A program made the translations under genes and the position numbers. Below, piece by piece: positions 24,593 to 34,461 of a stretch of DNA of 34,461 bases; positions within the stretch are counted from its first letter, which is position 1, and each line of letters opens with the position of its first letter. Location: the NCBI GenBank assembly GCA_964351355.1, contig CAYGNV010000003.1:1-34461 (forward strand), in the 5' to 3' direction. The notes under the pieces were generated by a model. It was not told the origin of the DNA, made no database searches, and was given only the letters and a program-made list of their open reading frames with translations. This DNA comes from an uncultured Smithella sp. GTDB taxonomy: Bacteria > Desulfobacterota > Syntrophia > Syntrophales > Smithellaceae.

Positions 24593-27307
24593 ATGAAAAC
24601 TTTAATCGGTAAGCACTGGCATCACCTGTCGGCGGCTGAAGCAATTGACCTCTTGGACGGTGATAAGGAAAAAGGGCTGGAACTGTTCGAGATCGACAAT
24701 CGTCAAAAAGAGTTCGGTCCCAATGTAATCACCGGAAAAAAGGGAAAAGGGCCGCTGTTACGCTTTCTGCTCCAGTTTCATCAGCCGCTGATCTACATTC
24801 TGATTGTGGCTGGAACAGTTACGGCCTTTCTTCAGGAATGGGTCGATACCGGGGTTATCTTCGGGGTTGTTCTGGTCAATGCGTTCATCGGATTTATCCA
24901 GGAGGCGAAGGCGGTCAAGGCCATAGAAGCTTTGGCCAGGACAATGACAACCGAGGCTACGGTACTGCGCGCAGGCGAGAAACGTCGCATCTCCTCGGCG
25001 GAAGTGGTCCCAGGCGACATCGTCCTTTTGCAGTCCGGCGACAAAGTGCCCGCAGATATGCGCCTGTTTCAGATAAGGGATCTTCAGGTGGATGAATCCG
25101 CTTTGACTGGAGAGTCGGTTCCTGTGGACAAGAAACCGGATGTCCTCGATCATGACACGGGACTGGCTGACCGGCGAAACATGGCATATGCGTCAACGCT
25201 GGTCACATACGGTCAGGGGGCCGGCATTGTCGTTACCATTGGCGACACGACGGAAGTGGGGCGCATATCCGAGCTTATCTCGTCAACAGAGACCTTGGAG
25301 ACCCCACTGGTCCGCAAGATTGCCCGCTTCAGCCATATCCTGCTCTATGCGATCCTGGCTCTTGCAACAATCACCTTTGCCGTAGGCCTTATACGGGGAC
25401 AATCCGCCTTCGATATGTTTATGGCGGCCGTGGCCCTGGCAGTAGGCGCTATTCCTGAGGGTCTGCCGGCTGCGATGACTATTACTCTGGCCATCGGTGT
25501 TGCGCGGATGGCGCGCAGGCGGGCCATCATCCGAAAACTCACCGCAGTGGAAACCCTCGGCAGTACAACGGTCATTTGCTCCGATAAGACCGGTACATTG
25601 ACCGAGAACCAGATGACCGTGCAGGAAATATTTGCAGGCGGCGAGCGATTTGAAGTCACCGGCGCAGGCTACACGCCTTCAGGCGGGATTCTCAAGCAAG
25701 GGGTTGCGGTGGATGCTTCCGGCTCCCCAGTCCTGATGGAATGTCTGAAAGCAGGTTTACTGTGCAACGACAGTTTGCTGTTGGAGAAAGAGGGCCGCTG
25801 GGCAATACAGGGTGATCCCACCGAAGGAGCGCTGCTGGTTTCTGCGGTCAAGGCAGGGCTGGACATGGCCGCATTGCTCAGGGAATCGCCTCGCATCGAT
25901 GCAATCCCTTTTGAATCGCAGCACCAATACATGGCCACCCTGCATGACGGAGGAACGAATACCCCCGGCATCGTTTATGCTAAGGGTTCTGTGGAAACTA
26001 TCCTGGATAAATGTGCTTTATCCCTTGATAGCGCGGGGCACCCTGCTGCGCTCGATGCCGAACGGATACAAAGAGCGGTGGCGGAAATGGCAGCCAGGGG
26101 ATTACGGTTGCTCGCCTTTGCAAAAGGAGAAATCAAACAAGGAACAACCGGGCTGAACCACCCTGATGTGGCGTCCGGTATGACCTTCCTCGGCCTCCAG
26201 GGTATGATCGATCCGCCCCGACAGGAGGCGATCCTCGCAGTTCAGAAGTGTCACACCGCCGGCATTCGCGTCAAGATGATAACCGGCGATCACGCCCTGA
26301 CGGCATCGTCGATTGCGCAGCAGGTCGGCCTGCACGATCCAACCAACGTCGTCACTGGGAAAGTCTTGATGGCGATTTCCGACAGTGAGTTGATCGACGT
26401 TGCCGACCGGACGTCTGTTTTCGCCAGGGTGACGCCGGAGCAAAAACTTCGCCTGGTTGAAGCCTTGCAGGCCAAAGGGAACGTGGTGGCTATGACCGGA
26501 GACGGTGTAAACGACGCCCCGGCCCTGAAAAGGGCAGACATCGGCGTGGCCATGGGCATCACCGGAACGGATGTGGCCAAAGAGGCGGCTGATATCGTGC
26601 TGACGGACGACAACTTCGCTTCCATAGAAGCCGCTGTGGAGGAAGGGCGGGGCATCTTCGATAATCTCACCAAGTTCATTGTCTGGACGCTGCCCACCAA
26701 TCTGGGTGAGGGTCTGGTGATTTTAGCGGCGATATTTGCCGGCGCTACCCTGCCCATACTGCCTGTGCAGATCCTCTGGATCAACATGACAACCGCCGTG
26801 CTGCTGGGACTCATGCTCGCCTTCGAGCCCAAAGAACCGGGCATAATGACGCGGCCGCCGCGCGACCCGAAGATGCCCATCCTCACCGGGGTGCTGATTT
26901 GGCGGCTCTTCATTGTGGGGCTGCTATTGCTCGCAGGAGCATTCGGCCTTTTCAAGTGGGAGCTGATGATGGGAGCCACGGTTACAGAGGCGCGCACTGT
27001 AGCGGTGAATGTATTTGTTCTTGTTGAAATTTTCTATCTCTTTAACTGTCGCTCGCTTACGCAGTCTATGTTCCGTGTGGGCTTTTTCTCAAACCCCTTG
27101 CTGTTCGGCGGTGTTGCGATTATGTTGGTCCTGCAGGCGATGTTCACCTATCTGCCGGCAATGAACCTTATGTTTCACAGCGCACCCATCAGTTTTGAGG
27201 CTTGGGGCCGGATATTGGCAGTATCCATCATTGTTTCTTTTGTGGTTAGTGTTGAGAAATGGCTCCGCAGGAGGAGCGCGGAGAGACGGGCAGTTCAGCC
27301 TGCATAA
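24593..27307 (+). CDS. P2-type cation-transporting ATPase (Ca2+/Mg2+-type)
   Basis: 904 aa. Motifs: LTGESVPV (TGES), IPEGLPA, CSDKTGTLT (phosphorylation site), MITGDH and TGDGVNDAPAL, with about 10 TM segments. Confidence 0.92.
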   Translation: MKTLIGKHWHHLSAAEAIDLLDGDKEKGLELFEIDNRQKEFGPNVITGKKGKGPLLRFLLQFHQPLIYILIVAGTVTAFLQEWVDTGVIFGVVLVNAFIGFIQEAKAVKAIEALARTMTTEATVLRAGEKRRISSAEVVPGDIVLLQSGDKVPADMRLFQIRDLQVDESALTGESVPVDKKPDVLDHDTGLADRRNMAYASTLVTYGQGAGIVVTIGDTTEVGRISELISSTETLETPLVRKIARFSHILLYAILALATITFAVGLIRGQSAFDMFMAAVALAVGAIPEGLPAAMTITLAIGVARMARRRAIIRKLTAVETLGSTTVICSDKTGTLTENQMTVQEIFAGGERFEVTGAGYTPSGGILKQGVAVDASGSPVLMECLKAGLLCNDSLLLEKEGRWAIQGDPTEGALLVSAVKAGLDMAALLRESPRIDAIPFESQHQYMATLHDGGTNTPGIVYAKGSVETILDKCALSLDSAGHPAALDAERIQRAVAEMAARGLRLLAFAKGEIKQGTTGLNHPDVASGMTFLGLQGMIDPPRQEAILAVQKCHTAGIRVKMITGDHALTASSIAQQVGLHDPTNVVTGKVLMAISDSELIDVADRTSVFARVTPEQKLRLVEALQAKGNVVAMTGDGVNDAPALKRADIGVAMGITGTDVAKEAADIVLTDDNFASIEAAVEEGRGIFDNLTKFIVWTLPTNLGEGLVILAAIFAGATLPILPVQILWINMTTAVLLGLMLAFEPKEPGIMTRPPRDPKMPILTGVLIWRLFIVGLLLLAGAFGLFKWELMMGATVTEARTVAVNVFVLVEIFYLFNCRSLTQSMFRVGFFSNPLLFGGVAIMLVLQAMFTYLPAMNLMFHSAPISFEAWGRILAVSIIVSFVVSVEKWLRRRSAERRAVQPA

Positions 27308-27320
27308 AACGGATAGCCAA

Positions 27321-27536
27321 ATGATTAAAAGAATACTTCTCGGCTTAGGCGGCACGCCGTACACGAGCATTGCGATTAGGCGCGCAGCAGATCTTGCCAA
27401 ACGGTTTGAGGCCGAAGTAACAAGCTTAACCGTAATCGATGTCAAGGGCCTATCAAATGGTGATCATGATGACAATCGTCACCCTGACGATGGAGTGGTT
27501 GTGTCCATTAAAACAGAAAGGCAGGTGTTTCCATGA
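27321..27536 (+). pseudogene. Truncated universal stress protein (UspA-family) gene fragment
   Basis: MIKRILLGLGGTPYTSIAIRRAADLAKRFEAEVTSLTVIDVKGL is a typical Usp N-terminus. After ~45 aa the reading loses Usp character and stops at 72 aa. Usp domains are about 140 aa. Confidence 0.5.
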
Positions 27537-27727
27537 AAATCAATAAGTTAGTTTTTGCAGAAATGACTTTGATCATTGGGGGCGTGTTTATCTTTAGAAG
27601 TTTGTGGATGTTGCTCGACAAGATATCCTTCACGCATGAGACCCGGGTGCTTTGGTTGTTATTGTTTTTGGGGTGCATCATCACGTTTTTAACTTTGAGC
27701 TGGATCGCGAAGCAAGACAAAAAATAA
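27533..27727 (+). CDS. Small (64-aa) two-TM membrane protein of unknown function
   Basis: MKINKLVFAEMTLIIGGVFIFRSLWMLLDK...VLWLLLFLGCIITFLTLSWIAKQDKK has two hydrophobic helices and a basic tail. There is an ATGA overlap with the Usp fragment stop. The local DNA is AT-rich. I recognise no homology. Confidence 0.35.
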   Translation: MKINKLVFAEMTLIIGGVFIFRSLWMLLDKISFTHETRVLWLLLFLGCIITFLTLSWIAKQDKK

Positions 27728-27825
27728 GCCGTTCGCGCCCTCGATGTCCGCTTATGCATATGGCGCGGCACACAATAATGAACATTCCCGCAAGGGCAGG
27801 AGTCAGACATGAAAAGGAGGGAACA

Positions 27826-30300
27826 ATGTCTCATCAAGATACCGTCGAAATGATTCTCAACGAGGAAGGGGTTGCGCTCTATCGCAAGAAAAATCCCGGT
27901 GCCGACCGCTGGGCCACGGGGTATGGCGTTATCCAGCACAGTGTAGAGACACAGGTCAGGGTATTTACCATGGCGGAGTGTTTGGCTGCCCGCGGCGTCC
28001 AGGGAGACGGCGTGCCGATTTTCGAGCTCCTTTACGCGGCCGACAGGGTCGCGAGCGCTGCCATGTGGCTGGTGGTTCATGAAACCTATGCCAAGAATGT
28101 CTATCTTGATGGGAGAGCGCTTATTCCCGAGGACTTCAAGCCCAACCCGGACGGACACACCGGCGGTTCTCTCAATATGGTCCCCGCCTATGCAGGCTAT
28201 ATGCTTGTCAATGCCATCAACGGCATTACGCGCTCATGGGTTATGGGGCAGGGACACTGCGCGTCCGCAATCGACTCTATAAATTTGTTGCTCGATAATA
28301 TGACCCCGGCCCATGCTGAGCGTTATTTCCTCACCGATGAAGGGCTTGCGCGCTACGTCCGGGACTTCTACTCGTACAAGTTAGGGGCGGACGGCAGACA
28401 GGACTCGCCCCTGGGCAGTCACGTGAATGTCCACACGGCAGGCGGGCTTGTTGAAGGCGGGTACCTCGGATTCACGGAGCTTCAGTATGTGCATATGCCC
28501 CTTCCGGGAGAACGGCTGGTCGCCTTTCTCAGCGACGGCGCTTTTGAGGAGCAACGGGGAAGCGATTGGGTGCCCCGCTGGTGGCGGGCTGAAGACTGCG
28601 GTATTGTGACGCCGATCATGATCAAAAACGGGCGGCGCATTGATCAGAAGACAACGATGTCTCAGCAGGGCGGGACTGAATGGTTCGTGGAGCATCTCAA
28701 GCTCAACGGGTTCGATCCTATCGTCTTTGACGGGAGAGACCCGGCCGCTTTCGCCTGGGCTATCTTTGAGATGGAACGCCGTCTTGAGGCTGCTTCCGAG
28801 GCAATACGGTCCGGGGCCGGTAATTACCCTCTGGCGCTTCCTTATGGTATCGCCGTAGCACCCAAAGGCGCCGGTTTCTTCGGCGAAGGCACCAACCTTG
28901 CCCACAATCTGCCCCTGATGTCCAATCCCAGCACCGACACAGCGGCAGCCCGGCATTTCAATGAGGGCGCACGAAAATTGTGGGTGCCTCAGCGGGAGCT
29001 CAAAGATGCCGTCGTAAAATTCCAGAATCATGATGCAGTCGGCAGGCCCAGGGAGCGTGACCACGCCCTGGTCAATCGAATGGTAAACTTGCGCGAGATT
29101 CCACCTCTTGTTTCCCGGCCTGTGCCGGAAAACCGGCGAGATCCGTCAAAATTGACCAGAACGTCCCCGATGTTTGCGGTAGATGCCATGTTCCTGGCCG
29201 CGGTTCAGGCCAATCCTCATCTTCGGGCCCGGGTGGGCAACCCCGATGAAATGCGCTCCAACCGGATGATCCAGACTCTGGAAAAGCTGAAGTTCCGTGT
29301 GACCGACCCCGAACCCGGCATACCGGAGGATATCCATGGCGCTGTTATCACGGCCCTGAACGAAGAGGCGGTGGCCTCCGCTGCCTTGGCAAACAAAGGC
29401 GGCATTAATTTTATCCATACCTATGAGGCCTTTGGCACAAAGATGCACGGTGTTGTCCGCCAGGAAGTCATCTTCGTTGACCACTGCAATGAGGCCGGCA
29501 GAAAACAGGACTGGCTTTCGGTGCCGCTGGTGCTTACTTCCCATACCTGGGAAAACGCCAAAAATGAGCGATCCCATCAGGACCCGTCCATGGCCGAGGC
29601 GATGCTCGGCGAGCCTTCGGACGTGTCGCGGGTCATGTTTGTGCCTGATTACAACACAGCCGCCGTCGTTATGCGCCGGATTTATCAGACACACGGGCAG
29701 ATCTGGACGCTGGTTGTCCCGAAGATCGACGCGTCGCCCGACCTCTTTACTGTTGATGAAGCAACCCGGCTTTTAGAGCGGGGAGCTCATCGTTTGGATT
29801 GGGCAGGTCATGAGGCGGCGCGTCAGCGCGTGATCCTTACAGCCATCGGCGCCTATCAGTTGCAGGAAGTCCTGAAAGCGTCTGTCCGCCTTGTGGAACG
29901 GAAGGTGCCTCACTCCGTAGTCTATATGCTGGAGCCCGGAAGATTTCGCTTTCCCCGAAATGAAAGAGAGGGTTTGCATTCAGCACCGACTTCCTTGCAA
30001 GCCGACCTCTACCCTGAGACGGTGTCCGCCCGCGTATTCGTCACCCACACGCGTCCGGAACCGCTGTTGGGAACATTGCAGCCGCTCAACACCGGCAGAG
30101 GCAAGACCGCGGCCATGGGGTTCATCAACCATGGCGGAACCCTGAACGTCCCGGGAATGCTGTTCGTGAACCGCTGCACCTGGGCCCACGTCTTGATGGA
30201 AGCCGCCGGGGTTATGGGAATGTCTCGCGAGGATTTGCTTAATTCTGAGGAAATGGCGGCGCTCGATGGAAAAGTTTCTCCCGAAGGGATCATCGTATGA
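27826..30300 (+). CDS. Phosphoketolase-family (XFP-like, ThDP-dependent) protein, divergent
   Basis: The track ORF starts at 27652. I prefer the ATG at 27826 (MSHQDTVEM...), which follows AAAGGAGGG. By eye, HTGGSLNMVPAYAGY, GQGHCASAI, SHVNVHTAGGLVEGGYLGF and AFLSDGAFEEQ align with the XFP blocks HWGTTPGLNFIYAHL, GPGHGGPA, SH...IHEGGELGY and VVGDGEAETG. The ~824 aa size fits the family. Confidence 0.7.
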   Translation: MSHQDTVEMILNEEGVALYRKKNPGADRWATGYGVIQHSVETQVRVFTMAECLAARGVQGDGVPIFELLYAADRVASAAMWLVVHETYAKNVYLDGRALIPEDFKPNPDGHTGGSLNMVPAYAGYMLVNAINGITRSWVMGQGHCASAIDSINLLLDNMTPAHAERYFLTDEGLARYVRDFYSYKLGADGRQDSPLGSHVNVHTAGGLVEGGYLGFTELQYVHMPLPGERLVAFLSDGAFEEQRGSDWVPRWWRAEDCGIVTPIMIKNGRRIDQKTTMSQQGGTEWFVEHLKLNGFDPIVFDGRDPAAFAWAIFEMERRLEAASEAIRSGAGNYPLALPYGIAVAPKGAGFFGEGTNLAHNLPLMSNPSTDTAAARHFNEGARKLWVPQRELKDAVVKFQNHDAVGRPRERDHALVNRMVNLREIPPLVSRPVPENRRDPSKLTRTSPMFAVDAMFLAAVQANPHLRARVGNPDEMRSNRMIQTLEKLKFRVTDPEPGIPEDIHGAVITALNEEAVASAALANKGGINFIHTYEAFGTKMHGVVRQEVIFVDHCNEAGRKQDWLSVPLVLTSHTWENAKNERSHQDPSMAEAMLGEPSDVSRVMFVPDYNTAAVVMRRIYQTHGQIWTLVVPKIDASPDLFTVDEATRLLERGAHRLDWAGHEAARQRVILTAIGAYQLQEVLKASVRLVERKVPHSVVYMLEPGRFRFPRNEREGLHSAPTSLQADLYPETVSARVFVTHTRPEPLLGTLQPLNTGRGKTAAMGFINHGGTLNVPGMLFVNRCTWAHVLMEAAGVMGMSREDLLNSEEMAALDGKVSPEGIIV

Positions 30301-30438
30301 TTTGGGATGCGGAATCAACGGCAAGCGGGGCTCACTGACGTGTTTTTGGATGATAGTTCCCACCTTCTGCAAGAGGGCTTGCATTCCCTCTGTCGATAAT
30401 GAGGGCATGGTGAATTCACCGGGGAAAGATATTTCAGC

Positions 30439-30468
30439 TTGACAAACGTGTCCTAAGCCTTGTAGAGA
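30439..30468 (+). promoter_or_regulatory. Candidate sigma-70 promoter of perR
   Basis: TTGACA (30439-30444), an 18-nt spacer, then TAGAGA (30463-30468). The GGAAT-N-ATTCC palindrome lies immediately downstream. Confidence 0.35.
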
Positions 30469-30478
30469 TATCCACAAA

Positions 30479-30491
30479 TAGGAATGATTCC
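30479..30491. promoter_or_regulatory. Candidate PerR/Fur-family operator TAGGAATGATTCC (palindrome GGAAT-N-ATTCC)
   Basis: A perfect 5-N-5 palindrome 4 nt before the perR ATG. The same 13-mer, differing only at the central base, lies upstream of katG (31008-31020). Confidence 0.5.
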
Positions 30492-30494
30492 GAA

Positions 30495-30929
30495 ATGAGA
30501 ATGATCAACAAAGAAGACCTGATCGGTCAGCTAAAGGAAAAAAGCCTCAAGATCACACCGCAGCGCCTAGCGATTATCGACGTCTTGGTGGAAAATTGTG
30601 ATCGGCATCCCGGCGTCACGTTGATCTACAACGAAGCCCGCAAGAAAGCCAAGAGCGTCAGCCTGTCCACGGTTTACGCGACGCTTAAGGAATTTTCCGA
30701 AAACGGCCTGATTAAACAACTGGAATTTGACCGGATGGAAAACCGCTATGATGTTGATTTATCTGAACATATAAACCTCATCTGCAAACGGTGCGGCACC
30801 ATTAGTGATTACGATATTCCTGTGCCCCTTGAACCCAAAGACATCGCCCGTAAAGCGGGTTTTGTCGTAACCGATTCCCGGATGGAATTCCACGGGTATT
30901 GCCGCGACTGCCTCAGGCGACCCGACTAA
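30495..30929 (+). CDS. perR: Fur-family transcriptional repressor, probably the peroxide sensor PerR
   Basis: 144 aa. It has an N-terminal winged helix (ITPQRLAIIDVL...LSTVYATLKEF) and two CxxC pairs (CKRC...CRDC). It lies directly upstream of katG-rbr-dfx. Confidence 0.7.
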   Translation: MRMINKEDLIGQLKEKSLKITPQRLAIIDVLVENCDRHPGVTLIYNEARKKAKSVSLSTVYATLKEFSENGLIKQLEFDRMENRYDVDLSEHINLICKRCGTISDYDIPVPLEPKDIARKAGFVVTDSRMEFHGYCRDCLRRPD

Positions 30930-31006
30930 TCTTCTTGTCCTGCAACCAAGCGGCATATAAAGCGGACGGTGAATAAAACAGGATAAGCAGGTTTAGATTT
31001 TTTTAA

Positions 31007-33244
<2,238 letters not shown>

Positions 33245-33260
33245 TTTTAGCATAACCGTG

Positions 33261-33761
33261 ATGAATAATAAAATAGAGGATGCGTTAAAAGAGGCTTTTG
33301 CCGGAGAATCACAGGCTAACCGAAAATATCTGGCTTTTGCCGTTAAGGCCGATCAGGAAGGATTTGCTCAGGCGGCAAAATTGTTTCGGGCGGCCGCGGA
33401 AGCCGAAACCGTACACGCCCACGCCCATTTACGGGCATTGAAAGGAATTCGCTCCACGAAGGAAAACCTCGAGGAGGCGGTGGCCGGGGAAACTCACGAG
33501 TTTAAGAGCATGTATCCGGGAATGATTGAAGCAGCCAGGGCTGAAGGGAATAAAGAGGCGGAGCGGTCGTTTCATTTTGCCAACGAAGTGGAAAAAATTC
33601 ATGCCCGGCTCTATCAGCATGCTCTTGACCATCTGGATGGCGCAAAAGAATCTTACGGCTATTATGTCTGTCCGGTCTGCGGCTATACTTCAGAAAAGGA
33701 AGCGCCCGAAACCTGCCCGGTCTGCGGCGCTAAAGGCAAGATGTTTAAGAAAGTGGATTGA
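33261..33761 (+). CDS. rbr: Rubrerythrin
   Basis: I prefer the ATG at 33261 (MNNKIEDALKEAFAGESQANRKY). Di-iron ExxH motifs are present (EAETVHAHAH, ANEVEKIHARLY), and the C-terminus has a rubredoxin-like CPVCG...CPVCG. The gene starts 16 nt after the katG stop. Confidence 0.9.
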   Translation: MNNKIEDALKEAFAGESQANRKYLAFAVKADQEGFAQAAKLFRAAAEAETVHAHAHLRALKGIRSTKENLEEAVAGETHEFKSMYPGMIEAARAEGNKEAERSFHFANEVEKIHARLYQHALDHLDGAKESYGYYVCPVCGYTSEKEAPETCPVCGAKGKMFKKVD

Positions 33762-33792
33762 TAACTTTAAATAAAAACCAAGGAGGTAGATC

Positions 33793-34167
33793 ATGGCAGT
33801 TAGAAACGAAGTCTATAAATGTGACGTATGCGGGAATATCGTGGAAATTCTTCACGCCGGTGTGGGCAAGCTGGTGTGTTGCGATCAGCCCATGAAACTG
33901 ATGACGGAAAACACAACGGATGCTGCCAAAGAAAAGCACGTGCCGGTTATAGAAAAAGTGGCAGGCGGCATCAAGGTAAAGATCGGAAGCGTCGCCCACC
34001 CCATGGAAGAGAAGCATTACATCGAATGGATCGAGGTTATCGCGGACGGCAAAACGTATCGCCAGTTCCTTGCGCCGGGTCAGGCGCCGGAAGCGATTTT
34101 CCCCATCGAGGCGGCAAATATTACCGCGCGGGAATACTGCAATCTCCATGGCCTCTGGAAAGCGTAA
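33793..34167 (+). CDS. dfx: Desulfoferrodoxin (class I superoxide reductase)
   Basis: 124 aa. N-terminal desulforedoxin-like CDVCGN...LVCC; centre II ligand region EKHVPV...[13 protein letters not shown]...CNLHGLW. RBS AAGGAGG is upstream. Confidence 0.92.
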   Translation: MAVRNEVYKCDVCGNIVEILHAGVGKLVCCDQPMKLMTENTTDAAKEKHVPVIEKVAGGIKVKIGSVAHPMEEKHYIEWIEVIADGKTYRQFLAPGQAPEAIFPIEAANITAREYCNLHGLWKA

Positions 34168-34194
34168 TAACTGAAATAAAAGCTGTTCGTGGCG

Positions 34195-34214
34195 CCGGGG
34201 GAATCTTCCCCCGG
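34195..34214 (+). terminator. GC-rich hairpin after dfx
   Basis: CCGGGGGA-ATCT-TCCCCCGG, an 8-bp perfect stem with a 4-nt loop, 27 nt after the dfx stop. There is no adjacent U-tract. Confidence 0.4.
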
Positions 34215-34272
34215 ACCACACAAACCGTTTTCGATTTGCTTTTTGTGCGAATAATATCTCCGGTGTTGACAG

Positions 34273-34295
34273 TGTCTCCGGAGACAAGTTTTTTT
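34273..34295 (+). terminator. Short palindrome plus T7 tract (possible intrinsic terminator)
   Basis: TGTCTCCGGAGACA (34273-34286), followed by AG and TTTTTTT (34289-34295). The stem is short: about 5 bp once a CCGG loop is allowed. Confidence 0.35.
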
Positions 34296-34355
34296 GCCTG
34301 TGGATAACCGGCGATTGTAATATCCACGTTGCCGGTACCTACCTACCTTTTCCTC

Positions 34356-34385
34356 TTGACATACAAGATTGCCATGCCCTATACT
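34356..34385 (+). promoter_or_regulatory. Near-consensus sigma-70 promoter reading out of the right window edge
   Basis: TTGACA (34356-34361), an 18-nt spacer, then TATACT (34380-34385). It shares TTGACAT...TATACTCCG with the res promoter. Its target gene lies beyond the window. Confidence 0.45.
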
Positions 34386-34461
34386 CCGCCCGCCGAAAAG
34401 CAATATCTTAACCCAAGTTCATGATTTTAAAAATAATTCTGCATAATATTAGATAGTTGCA

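Noticed and set aside
26290-26997. 235-aa minus-strand ORF within the P-type ATPase gene
   Set aside because: It is antisense to a gene with all P-type ATPase signatures. Its Ser/Ala/Pro-rich translation has low complexity.
27508-28158. 216-aa minus-strand ORF, and the 5' extension (27652-27825) of the phosphoketolase ORF
   Set aside because: The minus ORF overlaps the small membrane ORF and the phosphoketolase N-terminus and has no motifs. The upstream extension lacks an RBS and overlaps the 64-aa ORF, whereas the ATG at 27826 follows AAAGGAGGG.
29980-30477. 165-aa minus-strand ORF reaching into the phosphoketolase-perR spacer
   Set aside because: About two thirds of it is antisense to the phosphoketolase 3' end. 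It has no motifs or RBS. The spacer is better explained as the perR promoter region.
34266-34271. Second TTGACA hexamer just before the 34273 palindrome
   Set aside because: There is no acceptable -10 hexamer 16-19 nt downstream. It overlaps the putative terminator stem region.
33745-34403. Minus-strand ORFs 33745..34287 (180 aa) and 34080..34403 (107 aa)
   Set aside because: The first is antisense to the well-supported dfx gene. The second spans terminator and promoter-like sequence, has no RBS or motifs, and has a biased Arg/Gly-rich composition.

Overview
This is a 34.5-kb bacterial chromosomal window. Gene content (desulfoferrodoxin, rubrerythrin, HdrD-like and AbfD-like enzymes, sigma-54 regulators) suggests an anaerobic Desulfobacterota-like organism, but that is inference only. 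Left flank (1-4328, minus strand): a partial AbfD/HpaB-like enzyme missing from the ORF track, an HdrD/GlpC-like Fe-S oxidoreductase, a PAC2-family protein and an SDR. Centre (4545-17840): six minus-strand genes with gaps of 61 nt or less behind one near-consensus sigma-70 promoter, forming a defence island. It holds a Type III R-M system (res 14674-17727, mod 10163-13207) with an AlbA_2/Schlafen-type ATPase-wHTH gene between res and mod. Downstream are an AAA ATPase plus S8 subtilase pair (IetAS-like) and a translationally coupled (TAATG) UvrD-type SF1 helicase whose first ~95 aa look like a RelE/ParE toxin fold. This ATPase / protease / toxin-fold-helicase trio is my best candidate for an undescribed system. 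The island is bracketed by a 17-nt direct repeat (16/17 identical). mod carries two in-frame copies of a GC-rich palindromic element in opposite orientations. A decayed DUF4143 ATPase pseudogene and an AT-rich spacer lie to the right of the island. Right half: an MFS transporter with a sigma-54-like promoter; a Cys-rich GcvH-like protein; a convergent sensor kinase / NtrC-type regulator / archaemetzincin operon; an IS remnant; a P2-type cation ATPase; a truncated USP gene; a small membrane ORF; and a divergent phosphoketolase-family gene. The window ends with an oxidative-stress cluster, perR | katG-rbr-dfx, with identical GGAAT-N-ATTCC palindromes in front of perR and katG. I found no rRNA, tRNA or CRISPR array. 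All family assignments come from motifs read by eye. No database search was possible.
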